A stretch of 64,000 nt of DNA from a virus (IMGVR_UViG_3300012007_000008:1-64000), one strand, 5' to 3'. Positions 48,806 through 59,393 are shown, counted from the stretch's first letter. Made by a program: numbers and translations. Notes: generated by a model not told the origin, from the letters alone.

Positions 48806-49240
48806 ATGAATTATAAAAGATTAACTGACAACGCGAAACTGCCAACCCGTGCAGACGAAGGATCCGCTGGGTATGATCTGTACGGTAACAACACTTACAG
48901 AATTGAAATCCAACCACACAAAACCGTGAAGATCGGAACAGGGATCTGTATTGAAACGCCGCGTGGATGCATGGCCGCCATTTTTGCTCGTTCAGGGATT
49001 TCAACAAAAAGAGGATTACGCCCGGCAAATTGTGTAGGCGTGGTAGACCCATCTTATCGGGGAGAACTGATCGTGCCTCTTCACAACGACACTGACGAAC
49101 CTCAGTACGTAGAACCTGAAGAACGTATCGCTCAGCTTGTATTCCTGAGCTTCGGAGTTATTCGTGAGTGGAACGAAGTAGATGAACTCTCTGAGACAGA
49201 GCGCGGAACTGGTGGATTTGGCTCTTCGGGCACAACATAA
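48806..49240 (+). CDS. dut: dUTP pyrophosphatase
   Basis: GSAGYDL, RSG, GVVDPSYRGE trimeric dUTPase motifs. Confidence 0.85.
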   Translation: MNYKRLTDNAKLPTRADEGSAGYDLYGNNTYRIEIQPHKTVKIGTGICIETPRGCMAAIFARSGISTKRGLRPANCVGVVDPSYRGELIVPLHNDTDEPQYVEPEERIAQLVFLSFGVIREWNEVDELSETERGTGGFGSSGTT

Positions 49241-49250
49241 GGAGATAAGT

Positions 49251-49751
49251 ATGATAAGTTACGACGAATTCCGGGCGGCAATGCTCCGCTCGGATGATCC
49301 TGAGGATAAAGAACGGAATAAAGCACTGGTTGAGCGCTACCCCTTCCTTCTTCCGCGATACGAATGGTCTCAGGAACCTCTGGAAGGCTACGACTATGGG
49401 TTTACCAATTTTGATGATCTTCCGAGAGGCTGGATTAAGGCGTTCGGCATTCAGATGTGCGAGGAACTCCGAGATATTCTGATCGATGGCGATTACCTTG
49501 ACAATTACAGGATCCTTCAGTGGAAAGAAAAGTTCGGCCAACTCAGAATCTACTCAAACGGCATCCCCAAGAAGATTGCGGATCAATACTATGCCTGGGA
49601 GGCTAAGTACGAGAAACTTTCAGGCGAAACCTGTTACAGTTGCGGTAAGCCAGGCCATCTGATGAAAACCGGATGGATTCTTCCGTATTGTGAAGAGTGC
49701 TTCCGTGAGACACATCCTGGGCAGGATTATGAAAAGTGGAGGATTGAATGA
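49251..49751 (+). CDS. hypothetical protein with C-terminal Cys cluster
   Basis: 166 aa; CYSCGKPGH...CEEC. Confidence 0.45.
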   Translation: MISYDEFRAAMLRSDDPEDKERNKALVERYPFLLPRYEWSQEPLEGYDYGFTNFDDLPRGWIKAFGIQMCEELRDILIDGDYLDNYRILQWKEKFGQLRIYSNGIPKKIADQYYAWEAKYEKLSGETCYSCGKPGHLMKTGWILPYCEECFRETHPGQDYEKWRIE

Positions 49752-50320
49752 CAAAGGATCAATTTGATGAGTTTATGGCCGACATAGCTGCGCTGAAGGA
49801 AAAATATAACGTAAAGGAAAGCGATGTTTCGCGGGCATTTAGTCAAACCATTAGAAACTCTGCGCATATGGGAATAATACAGAAAGCAAAAGAGAACAAA
49901 AAATACGTCGGCAAATACTATGTCATGAGAGTAAAACCTCAGGGCGGCATGTTTCCTGAAATGAACCGTTACTACAAAGTTATCTCTTATCAGTCATCGA
50001 ATGAGTATCATGTTGAAACGCTTGCCTTTGACGAACACCCCACATACTTCTTCGATTATCACAGTTCTATGATTGGGGAGCCGGGCGATTATTTCCTGGG
50101 AAATTTCTCCTTTGAAGGTTTTAATGTTGAAGACATCTTCGTCCAGACACTGCTCATGTCGGCGAAAGAAATTTCCGAAGAAGAGTATTGGTCGGCGGCT
50201 GAAAAGTACCTCTCTGAACTCAGAGAAACACCTTGGTATGCCGATCATTATAGATGTGGAGGAAAACTTCCGACTGATCCCGGGTGGGTAAGTAAAGGGG
50301 TTAAGAAAGACGCAAACTGA
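49748..50320 (+). CDS. hypothetical protein
   Basis: 190-aa ORF. Confidence 0.45.
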   Translation: MTKDQFDEFMADIAALKEKYNVKESDVSRAFSQTIRNSAHMGIIQKAKENKKYVGKYYVMRVKPQGGMFPEMNRYYKVISYQSSNEYHVETLAFDEHPTYFFDYHSSMIGEPGDYFLGNFSFEGFNVEDIFVQTLLMSAKEISEEEYWSAAEKYLSELRETPWYADHYRCGGKLPTDPGWVSKGVKKDAN

Positions 50321-50347
50321 GAAGTAATTCTCAGAAAGGAGGCCGCT

Positions 50348-50686
50348 ATGGACAGTAAGACAATAGAAAAGATTCGGGAATACTTGATCGACTGTGGACT
50401 GAATGACCACGATAAATTCAGCTGTGGTGACACGATCATGTACACGCCATCAGAGGTCGCGGATCTATTGAAGAAAATGCCTGAGGATAAACCGCCGCTT
50501 GGCGTAAGGCCGTTCGAGATTGTTTTCAGTGAAAGGATCTGCGAACTGGCGACGGCGATTACCATATACTCAGATCGTTGTACGACAAACGCTGACACAA
50601 TAAAGCTCTGGGCGCAAGAAATCGAAGAACTTTGTAACATCATTTGGTACTTGAAACAGACAAAGGAGGAAATGAACAATGGCTGA
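50348..50686 (+). CDS. hypothetical protein
   Basis: 112 aa, SD AAAGGAGG. Confidence 0.45.
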   Translation: MDSKTIEKIREYLIDCGLNDHDKFSCGDTIMYTPSEVADLLKKMPEDKPPLGVRPFEIVFSERICELATAITIYSDRCTTNADTIKLWAQEIEELCNIIWYLKQTKEEMNNG

Positions 50687-50859
50687 AGTAGTAAAGAAAT
50701 CAACGGTAAGGGATGACATTGCCTTAGTGGACGATATTTACGAGATTCTGAGGAAAGTAGGGGGAGAACTGAAGGCTCCCGGCACGACAAACCCGGCCTT
50801 GCTGGAATCCTACGACTCTCTCATGAACACCTACCTCGACATTGCAGTGAGTGAGTAAA
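50680..50859 (+). CDS. small protein (59 aa)
   Basis: ATGGCTGA overlap with upstream stop. Confidence 0.3.
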
Positions 50860-50860
50860 T

Positions 50861-51109
50861 ATGGGTAAGCTGATAGATTCAGAGGCCCTGAAGGAAAGCT
50901 TGGGCTATTATCCGATGCTAACAGACCTGATGATCAGGATGTTCACTCGGATCATTAACGAACAAGAAGAAGCAGATGTTCCGGCGGTCAGGACAGGCCG
51001 CTGGATCCCTGAAGGGAAAAATTTTGAGTGTTCACGCTGTTGGGGCGTAAGTAAGAAGGCGACCTTGTTTTGTCCGTACTGCGGAAGCCGGAATAAGGAG
51101 GAAAAATGA
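50861..51109 (+). CDS. zinc-ribbon protein
   Basis: CSRC...CPYCG. Confidence 0.4.
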   Translation: MGKLIDSEALKESLGYYPMLTDLMIRMFTRIINEQEEADVPAVRTGRWIPEGKNFECSRCWGVSKKATLFCPYCGSRNKEEK

Positions 51110-51315
51110 GAGATCCGAATAGACTGGATGGTTTTTATGACGAGTTGAAGAGTATTCACAAGAAGTATTTTCCCGACTGGAGATTTGGACAACTTTGTTC
51201 AAACTTCTTCGGTTGGCTGATGTCAAAGAAGAAAATGGATCTGTTTTTCCCGGAGGAAGACCAGATGATCAAGTATTTCAGGGAGTACGTAGGAGGAGAG
51301 TCTTGTGACGAATGA
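51106..51315 (+). CDS. hypothetical protein
   Basis: 69-aa ORF. Confidence 0.35.
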   Translation: MRDPNRLDGFYDELKSIHKKYFPDWRFGQLCSNFFGWLMSKKKMDLFFPEEDQMIKYFREYVGGESCDE

Positions 51316-51487
51316 TAGGGCTATTGAGATTCTGAACGACGAACGCGAGATATGGCGTAGGATTGTGAACGTGTTCGATGAAAAGTCGGAGTGGTTCAAA
51401 GACGGGATTGAGAAGATCGAGGCTTTTAGGTGGGCGATTGATGCCCTAATTAAGAGGAAGGAAAATGAAGAGAGAAGAGCTGATTGA
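51305..51487 (+). CDS. hypothetical protein
   Basis: 60-aa ORF. Confidence 0.3.
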   Translation: MTNDRAIEILNDEREIWRRIVNVFDEKSEWFKDGIEKIEAFRWAIDALIKRKENEERRAD

Positions 51488-51620
51488 GCTGCTTCTAAAA
51501 GAAGAGGAGAAGGAAAATGTTTGATCTGGTTCAGTTTTTAGATACGTATAAGGCTGATATTTGTTTCGTGGCATTGTTGGTGATCTTTATTGCGTGTCTG
51601 ATAAAAGAAATGAGGTAAAA

Positions 51621-51899
51621 ATGGAGAAGTTTAAAAAGAACTGGAAAAAGGTAGAGGTATGTCTTGATTTTGTCTCGATGGTATGCTCTCTTATATTGAT
51701 GATAGCTGGTCTGGTTTTCGTGTTTCAGCGAAAATACGACAGTTCGGCATGCTGTTTTCTTATGGCGTTCATTTCGACGTGGTCGAATGATAAAAAGTAT
51801 AGCGTGGATCCGTTGATCAAAAGAGTCAATAAGCTCCTGGATAACGCGAACCAGATCGACATCTATAAGGAGTCGGAAGAAGAATCAGAGGAAGGGTAA
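51621..51899 (+). CDS. small membrane protein
   Basis: TM helix VCSLILMIAGLVFVF; followed by hairpin AGAGAGCC...GGCTCTCT at 51903-51930. Confidence 0.4.
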   Translation: MEKFKKNWKKVEVCLDFVSMVCSLILMIAGLVFVFQRKYDSSACCFLMAFISTWSNDKKYSVDPLIKRVNKLLDNANQIDIYKESEEESEEG

Positions 51900-52048
51900 A
51901 CAAGAGAGCCGGGAGACTGGCTCTCTTTGTAACGGAAGGAGACAAAATGGCACAAGAAGCAATACAGGAAAACCTGTGGGGATGTTTATAGAAGTTGCGC
52001 CAGATAGAAATCGATGGTATAATTGAACCAGAAGCGGCGCAAACATTA

Positions 52049-53233
52049 ATGGCAAGTAAGAAAGAGAGGATCCTTAAGCAATACCCACCTAGGCAAGCAG
52101 CGGATGGTTCATGGTACGTAAACATCAGGTTTGCCCCAGGGCCAAACGGCAGGAAGGCAATAAGGAAGGGGAGTAAAGAAACCCTTGAAAAGGCGATTAT
52201 AGAATTCGTCGGGGAAAACTTGAAGCCAAAAGAAAAGAAAGGCACTCATTTAAGACTCAACTATAAGGATGCTTTTGAAAGATGGATCAGAGCACAACAG
52301 TACAGAAACAAGAATACAGAGGGTAGGAATCGCCGGGAATATCGCAGGTTTTTTGAGAAATTTGAATTAGGCCGTGAAATAGCTAAAATGGACATAAGGG
52401 CGATCACGTCCTTCCAGATCGAGCAGTTCATGAGCCAAGCGATCCAGGAATATGACCTGACGGCAAGAAAGGCGCTGGAAAACTACAGGATGTTTTTTGA
52501 GTTCGTGTACCGTCAGGCTGTGGTAGACAGGGTCGTTAAACCTGATGAAAATCCTTGTACGTATATCATCGAAAATAGATTCCTCCAGTTCGGAAGGTCT
52601 GAGTCCGATAGGAAAGAAGAATCAAGGACTATTGATCCTGACACAATGAGCATCCTTGACATAGCAATCAGAAAGGACCATGAGAGAAAAGAGGATTACA
52701 TGCCACCATACGCCTGTGAACTTGCGTTTCTGACTGGCATGAGGGTCGGGGAACTTAGCGGATTAACCTGGGACCACATCGATATGGACAAAGGCGCTAT
52801 CTATATAGTTCAGAGCATGAAATACGACTTGGCTACCAAAGAGTACTACATCTCTTCAACGAAAAACAAAAAGAAACGTGTGTTCCCTATCACGGATGAT
52901 ATTCGCGAACTCCTGGAAAGGATTATGTCAATTCAGGATAAGTATGGCAAAACAGAAAACTATGTCTTTTCTACGGCAAAGAAAGCATCAACGAATAGAC
53001 AGCTTAGTGACTACCTTATGAACAAGAGGAAGCAGTACGGTATCACGATTCCGGTAAGCATTCATGCAGCGAGAAGGACGCTTAACAGCAACATGGCGGC
53101 CCAGGGCGTGTCCGTGGACCTCAGGGCGTCCCTCCTCGGTCATATCCCGAGGGTAAATGAAACGAATTACACTTACGATTTGGTATCCTTGGAGGAAAAA
53201 ACAAAAGTGGTTGCAAAAGCTGGGAAACGGTGA
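52049..53233 (+). CDS. tyrosine integrase (second copy)
   Basis: TGMRVGEL box I; HAARRT (HxxR); LLGH; catalytic Tyr in NYTYD. Confidence 0.8.
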   Translation: MASKKERILKQYPPRQAADGSWYVNIRFAPGPNGRKAIRKGSKETLEKAIIEFVGENLKPKEKKGTHLRLNYKDAFERWIRAQQYRNKNTEGRNRREYRRFFEKFELGREIAKMDIRAITSFQIEQFMSQAIQEYDLTARKALENYRMFFEFVYRQAVVDRVVKPDENPCTYIIENRFLQFGRSESDRKEESRTIDPDTMSILDIAIRKDHERKEDYMPPYACELAFLTGMRVGELSGLTWDHIDMDKGAIYIVQSMKYDLATKEYYISSTKNKKKRVFPITDDIRELLERIMSIQDKYGKTENYVFSTAKKASTNRQLSDYLMNKRKQYGITIPVSIHAARRTLNSNMAAQGVSVDLRASLLGHIPRVNETNYTYDLVSLEEKTKVVAKAGKR

Positions 53234-53239
53234 TATAAA

Positions 53240-53480
53240 TGCCATATCCCCGCAAATAACAGTGGGGAAAAAGATGCGTTGGGTGGCTGAAATATCGCCT
53301 GAAACACTCAGGCTGAAACATCAAAAAACCCAGCAAATTCAATACTTTAAGTCTTCAGGATGAGGTGAGATTCCCTAATCTAAAGGCCAAAAATCCAGTA
53401 AAATCAAGGTGTTTCAGGGTATGGAAGACTGAAACATCTGAAACATATGCAGATGCAAAGATAAAAATTACATAGGAAGG
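53240..53480. repeat. attP-like region with at least five TGAAACA arm-type repeats
   Basis: CCTGAAACACTCAGG, GCTGAAACATC, GTGTTTCAGGG, GACTGAAACATCTGAAACATATG directly 3' of integrase. Confidence 0.35.
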
Positions 53481-53487
53481 ATTTCAA

Positions 53488-53530
53488 AGAAAGGAGAGTG
53501 TGCCGCTTCGTCCTTTCTTTTTTTTATTTG
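53488..53530 (+). terminator. intrinsic terminator, plus strand
   Basis: GAAAGGA...TCCTTTC hairpin then T8. Confidence 0.5.
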
Positions 53531-53544
53531 AACAATGCTTCGAG

Positions 53545-53585
53545 ACGAAAAAATAGGGTCGTCCTTTCGGATAACCCTTTTTTTG
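53545..53585. terminator. bidirectional terminator hairpin
   Basis: GGGTCGTCCTTTCGGATAACCC flanked by A6 on one side and T7 on the other. Confidence 0.5.
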
Positions 53586-53589
53586 TTTC

Positions 53590-54696
53590 TTACCGCTTTC
53601 TCAGCATTTCCACTGAACTCTTCAGTTTCTTGATCGCATAATCCAAATCTTCCTGCGTAGTATCTCTGCCTAACGTCAGGCGCAGAGAGCCGTTTGCTTC
53701 TTCTTCACTCAGCCCTATCGCGGTAAGGACATGGCTTGGTTCTCCACTTCCGGTCTCACAGGCCGATCCTGAAGAGCAGTAGATGTCGTACATAGAGAGC
53801 AGTTCAACCAGTTCTTCTCCGCGGATCCCGTCAAAGACGAAGCTGGCGTTGTTTGGCAACCTGTATACAGGATCTCCGGTCAGCTTACTGCCAGGGATCT
53901 CGGTTAAGACATTCTTGATCAGGTGTGACCTTAGTTCGATCAACCGTGGGGATTCAGTATGGATGGCGGCACAGGATATCTCAGCCGCCTTAGCCATCGC
54001 AACGATCCCGAATACGTTCTCGGTTCCGGCGCGGAGTCCTCGTTCCTGACGACCGCCCTGAAGAAGAGGATGTAGGTCGGTATCCTTTCTGACATACAGG
54101 AAGCCGACGCCCTTAGGCCCGCCGAACTTATGAGCGGAGGCAGAGATAAAGTCTACCTTGATCTCATTTACGTTCAGGATCTGATGTCCATAATACTGCG
54201 TCGCGTCAGTATGGAATTTAACGCCAAAATCGCGGCATAGAGCGGCGATCTCCTTTATAGGTTCCACAGTACCTATTTCGTTGTTGGCCGCCATAACGGA
54301 CACGAGAGGCGTGTATACGTGGCTCTCAATCGTCCTCTTTACATCGTCAGGATCTACTAGACCAGTCTCACTGACGGGTAGCGAATATATCCCTACTTCA
54401 CACGCTGGCATAAGTATCGCGTGGTGTTCGATTGGCGTAGTAATCACGTTGTCGAATGACTGGATCACTGTGTTGTTCGCCTCAGTAGCCCCTGAAGTAA
54501 AGAATATCTCTTCAGGCTCAGCACCGAGAGTATCCGCGATTGTCTACCGCGCTTGTTCTATAGCCGCCCTGGCTTCAATCCCCGGCACATAAGCAGCGGA
54601 AGGATTGTGCCAGTGTTCATATAGATACGGCAGACCCGCCTCTATCGCTTCTGGATAAGGACGGGTAGTTGCCGCATTGTCTAAATATACGTTCAT
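53590..54696 (-). CDS. cysteine desulfurase (IscS/NifS/DndA-like, class V aminotransferase) with in-frame TAG at 54544-54546
   Basis: rebuilt N-terminus MNVYLDNAATTRPYPEAIEAG...EQAR[TAG]TIADTLGAEPEEIFFTSGATEANN; PLP region SASAHKFGGPKGVGFLYV. Confidence 0.75.
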
Positions 54697-54731
54697 TATC
54701 CTTTATTCCTTTCAAACAAACATCGGAGAGA

Positions 54732-56585
54732 TCAGTTTCGCCTGTTCCTAATCACGTAAGCGAGAACCACCAACACCGCGAAAGAGAGCAGTAGGGCGCA
54801 TACAAACCTCATGATCGGAGAGTCATCGCCGGTCTTCGGTATCACGACAAGCTCTTCCGTGGCGGCCTTGATGGCCACTTCGGTGTCTCTGTTGGCACCT
54901 TTAACTTCGCTGATCTTCTTGGTTCTATGTGTTTCTTCGGTCTTTTTTCCCCGGCTTTCGCCCATGGCTCCGCCATCCTGTTTCTTCGTTTCTTCTTCCG
55001 GCGGAAGAGTTTCGTTAGGCGTTGTTTCCTTGGCCGGGATATAGACGGGGACATAGGACGGGTTATTGACTACGGGGATAGGAGAGGTAGGCGTTTCTGT
55101 CACGTTAACTTCTGTAGGCAAGATAACCGTTTCAGTTTCCGTGGTGAGAGATATCTGAGACTCTGTGATTGATATCTGAGGCTCTGTGATTGATATCTCA
55201 GTCTCTCTGAGCGATATTTGGGTCTCAGGTATAAGTTCAGAGATCGGTGGATCTGTCTCTTCCGTTTCGACAAGTTTTGGTTCCGTTTCTATCACGGGCT
55301 GTTCTGTTTCAATAACCGTCACGGGCTGTTCTGTTTCAATAACCGTGATATCAGTTTCGATTAACGGGATCTCTGTTGGTTGTTCGGTTTGAACCGGCTC
55401 AGTCTGCCTCGGCTCAGTATCAGGGATCACAATCTCTTCGGTTTCTATGATCGGAATGATTTCTGACTGTGTTTCCGACTGCTCTGAGATAAGTTCCGAT
55501 TCCTCCGACTGTGTTTCCGGTTCTTCCGACTGTGTTTCCGGTTCCGGTTCAGGGATCCGGGTAGATCCTTGGTAAGGCCACATATGTCCCTCAGCGAGAG
55601 TAGAGATATTCTGACCGAATAAACAGCCATTCGTATTGCCGCCGTTGATCTGAATATCGGCGTAAGGCGCGAGGACACACCCGATCTCTGGCGTCAGTTC
55701 CGTAGGTATCACTACTGTATTAGCGTTCGGATAGACGATACAGATCGGTTCGCTGCCGCCGTTTTCTTCACCCTGGGATAGCCCTACAACCTGAGGGTTC
55801 AGTACGGTTCCTGAGTCGAGTACGTTTATAATAGTACCTTCTCCAGTCGGGTTCCCGGTAAGCCGGATTTTTACAAAATTTCCCTGAACTAGAAGATTAG
55901 TGATAGTACCGCGCTGGATCTCTATTTCTTGCCAGTTCCAGTCTGGCTTAACAGTTGGTGCGAGAGAAGATAGGTTCTGAATACGATAGACTTCAGATGT
56001 TGCCGCCTCGTAGATCCGCGCCCAGTCCACGTAATTGTCCGTAACGATGATCGGATCGTCATGGTTGTACCAGTTCATCCCGTTCAGGGTGGTTCCGTCG
56101 ACAGTATTGGAAGAGCCGACGTAGAGTGGGATCCCGCTGTATTTGGATCTTCCGTTAGGGCCTCCTGGCTTACTCACGTATCCGGCGATGTAGCTCGGAG
56201 CGACAGTATAGGGTGAGTCTGCGAAGTTGTTATAGTTCCCGGACAGGTCGCCCTGAACTAGAAGATTGCCCATACAGTGCTGGTTGATGTCGGCGTTGCC
56301 TAAGGCTATCACACCGTAGTAGTTCATGAGATAGTCGAGAGAGTAGTCCTGAAGAGTAGGATTATCAGGAGTTTCTTCAATCAGATTCTCTGGTAATGTT
56401 TCTTCTTCGGGAGGGGTTTCGTAGTAATTATCGGGAACGATTTCTTCGTAAGGCTCAGTCTACGCCGCTTCGGTTACATACGGAATCGCAACCTTGAACA
56501 TCAGGATCAGGGTCAGGATACCGATTAAACAGATCACCGCAGACGGCACGATTTCCTTCAGGAATTCGGTCACCTTCTTTATCAT
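54732..56585 (-). CDS. LPxTG-type (IPKTG) cell-wall-anchored surface protein with Thr/Glu/Gln-rich repeats and in-frame TAG at 56460-56462
   Basis: SD AAGGAGGTGA; signal peptide MIKKVTEFLKEIVPSAVICLIGILTLILMF; C-terminal IPKTG then hydrophobic stretch then RNRRN; DNA tandem repeats 55140-55560. Confidence 0.65.
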
Positions 56586-56586
56586 C

Positions 56587-56760
56587 TTAATCACCTCCTT
56601 CGTAATTGTCCCTCACTTTCTTTTCTGAAAATTTATCCTGTTTTCTCTTTTTGCTACGGTCTTTCACTTTGATTCCGTATTCGCGGAGAGCGTAATCATT
56701 ACCATCCTATTCGGAAAAATCGAAAGCGTAGCTGGTATAGTTTCGGGTTTCTTTCTTCAT
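56587..56760 (-). CDS. small basic protein (57 aa) with one in-frame TAG
   Basis: SD AGGAGAATAACAG; stop overlaps SD of the surface-protein gene. Confidence 0.35.
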
Positions 56761-56997
56761 CTGTTATTCTCCTAAAATAAAAAAGAGCAAGAGCGCGAGG
56801 CTCCTGTGGTGTTGAGTTAATAGCATGTAATTCTCTAATAATAAATGCCTGACTAAACAGGCATTAAAATATGAGCGACGCCCCAGCTACCTGAGGATGT
56901 TGTCTATGGTATATTTAATGACCCCCAATCGGGTGTACGGGTCGCTCCTTCCGCCTTTACTTCGACTTTCGTCAGGCATTTCTCCTAAGCTAATGGC

Positions 56998-58224
56998 TTA
57001 TTCTGTACAAGAAGCAGGTCTTGTGCCAAGATTGGTTAGATCGATCTCTTCTAGACATAGTTCGTCTTTAAGAGCGAGGTATTGGTCTTCATAGACCCAG
57101 ATGTCTCCGTAGGAATAGTGGGTTTTGGCTTCAACCGCATATTGGACTGAACCTCCATACTTATCAATAGCCACCTTTAAGTATGGTAGTTTTTCTATAA
57201 ATTTACCATCGTGAAAACGTAACACTGGGCGTAGTCTTTTGTTCTTCCACGGTTCAACATCTTTCCCATGTGTTTCTTCGTCATAGTAGAATAAGAATCC
57301 TTTCATATGATGGTATATGTTCTTACTATTACACGCGTGTTCAATACTTCTTGGTGACACATTTGTATATTCTGAAGCGGCGTCACTATTCTGAAATGTT
57401 TGAATTAACTTCCCGGACATATCGTAAACACAGACCTTTTTCCGATTGGGATTTTTCTTTGGACCAAATTTTCTATTGATAAGCTTTTGAACGGCTTCCT
57501 CACTGTAGTCCGGTTCGAAAAACCAGAAAAACCCATACGCAGATATGCTAGTGCCACAACAGCATTGTCTGATTTGTTCGTATTCTTTTGGCGTATAACC
57601 ATCGATTTTATGAAGGTCGTCATATATTTGTATTAGTGTGCCATCATAATCAACTTTATACACTTTAGGATATTTTTTAACAGTATTTCCTGGAAATCCT
57701 GTATATGGTGGCATCTTGTCAACTTTTTCAAAAGACCACTGAAAACCATGAGCTTGTTTCCGATTCTTACTAGCTGCTTCACCAATCTTTTTCCCTTTTA
57801 TATGAAGAGTTTCCGCCGCCTCACTAATTGTACCCCATTCTTTGACAAAATCTCCCTACCAAGTATACTGGAATACGGATTTACTCATAGGGTGTTCTAC
57901 TCCATATAATCCATTTCCTGTGTCTCCACCTTTTGCAATATTGTATGCGATATCTGGATTTCTTAGGTCAAATTTGGCAATTAAATAAATCTATATCATC
58001 TTGGCTTGTTCTTTCTCCAGATTTTCAATAAGAATAACATGATCAAAGTTATCCCAGCCGTATTTTTGAATTGCTTTCCAAAAGTGATGAGAACCTACGT
58101 ATTGTCTTCCATTTGAACTCCATCTTTGTTTTGTGTTCTTTGAAATTCCGACATAATATTTCCCGTTAATTTTATTTCTGTGATAGTAAACACACCACCT
58201 ATTTTCACTAATATAATGTTCCAT
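56998..58224 (-). CDS. free-standing GIY-YIG homing endonuclease with two in-frame TAG codons
   Basis: N-terminus WCVYYHRNKINGKYYVGISKNTKQRW...KYGWDNF; reads through TAG into the NUMOD-like C-terminal ORF (56998-57714); RBS region is the AATGAAAGGATTATATTATG motif. Confidence 0.6.
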
Positions 58225-58253
58225 AATATAATCCTTTCATTTGACCCGTATAA

Positions 58254-58451
58254 TTATAATGGGTTTCTTTTGCAAAAATCTTTGTAATCATTCATGGCTC
58301 TTCTAATATCAGGAGTATCCTTAAAGAAGAATACATTTCTCCCAGACCCTTCACGATCAGGACGCATCCCGGCAAGAACAAACCCGCGTAGAAGAAGATA
58401 ACCAGTCATACGTTGACCAAAGATTGTTAACGTTTTTGTATCCATTTCCAT
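58254..58451 (-). CDS. hypothetical protein (65 aa)
   Basis: ATG start with SD AAAAAGGATAG. Confidence 0.4.
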   Translation of the reverse strand: MEMDTKTLTIFGQRMTGYLLLRGFVLAGMRPDREGSGRNVFFFKDTPDIRRAMNDYKDFCKRNPL

Positions 58452-58466
58452 CTATCCTTTTTGTTA

Positions 58467-58862
58467 TCATTCCTGTTTCGGCGGCTCGGTAGGTAATTCA
58501 ACAATTTTATTCGCAATTTGCGCTATTACCCCGTTTCCATTATCGGCGCGATAGGCCTACCACATCTCGTGAAAAACTTCTCTTTCCTCCGGAGAGTAGA
58601 AACCTTTCTAAACACAGGATTTGTAATTGTCCAGTAACATCATGCGTGCAATTCCAAGAGTCAATCTATCATTCGCTTCATCTCTGATACGTCGCTTCTC
58701 AGCCTCTGCGTCTTCTTTTTGTTCACGTTCCCTACGATATTCTCTGTTCTCGTCTGAAAATTTTTGCAAGCGGTGAGACAAATATCCCGTCAAAACAGAA
58801 ACAACAATTCCTACAATCGTTGTTAAAATTGCATATATCTCTGGTGTAATAACCATCTTCAT
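58467..58862 (-). CDS. membrane protein (131 aa) with two in-frame TAG codons
   Basis: SD GAAGGAGG; MKMVITPEIYAILTTIVGIVVSVLTGYL TM; TAG at 58608-58610 read through to TGA at 58467. Confidence 0.45.
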
Positions 58863-58877
58863 TTTCCTCCTTCTAAA

Positions 58878-58903
58878 TAAAGAAGACCGGGCGTTAACCC
58901 GGC
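58878..58903 (-). terminator. terminator hairpin, minus strand
   Basis: GACCGGGCGTTAACCCGGTC then TTCTTTATTT on the minus strand. Confidence 0.4.
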
Positions 58904-58934
58904 CTCTCAATCAACCCTCAGTCGGTGCCGTATC

Positions 58935-59351
58935 TTATTCGGCAGAAGTTTCCTCCTTCTTTTCCGGCTCAGGTCTTTCCACCAAATACGTGTCGATCAC
59001 CGCGAAGTCCGACATCGTCAGGTCGGCATCGGCGAACTTTTCAAGCGCATCCTCTGAAATCTGATACAGGTCAACCTCTTCAGTCTGGATAAGGATCTCA
59101 GTGATCTCTTCGACAAACTTAGGGTAGTTCTCTGACCCCTTCCTGACGACAGTCTGTTCTCCATCTTTTTCCCCGTACTTGAGAATAAGTTCATTTCTCG
59201 CCTTCTCGAAATCATCTGCAATCTTAGCTACATTTGAGAGGTTTCTGTATGCCAGGTATGCGGGTTTTCCGGTCAGTCCGGCATTTGCCATCTTCTTAAG
59301 GGTATCAGCCAGAGTGACGATCTCGTTTGTGGTCAAAACAAAGTGTTTCAT
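58935..59351 (-). CDS. hypothetical acidic protein
   Basis: 138-aa ORF. Confidence 0.45.
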   Translation of the reverse strand: MKHFVLTTNEIVTLADTLKKMANAGLTGKPAYLAYRNLSNVAKIADDFEKARNELILKYGEKDGEQTVVRKGSENYPKFVEEITEILIQTEEVDLYQISEDALEKFADADLTMSDFAVIDTYLVERPEPEKKEETSAE

Positions 59352-59393
59352 ATCAATTACTTCCTTTCTTCATAAAATCCTAACGCTCTGATA

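Noticed and set aside
17003-58910. Reading the TAG-interrupted genes as pseudogenes or assembly errors
   Set aside because: There are too many of them, always TAG and never TGA or TAA, with conserved motifs continuing in frame, and TAG is absent as a terminator.
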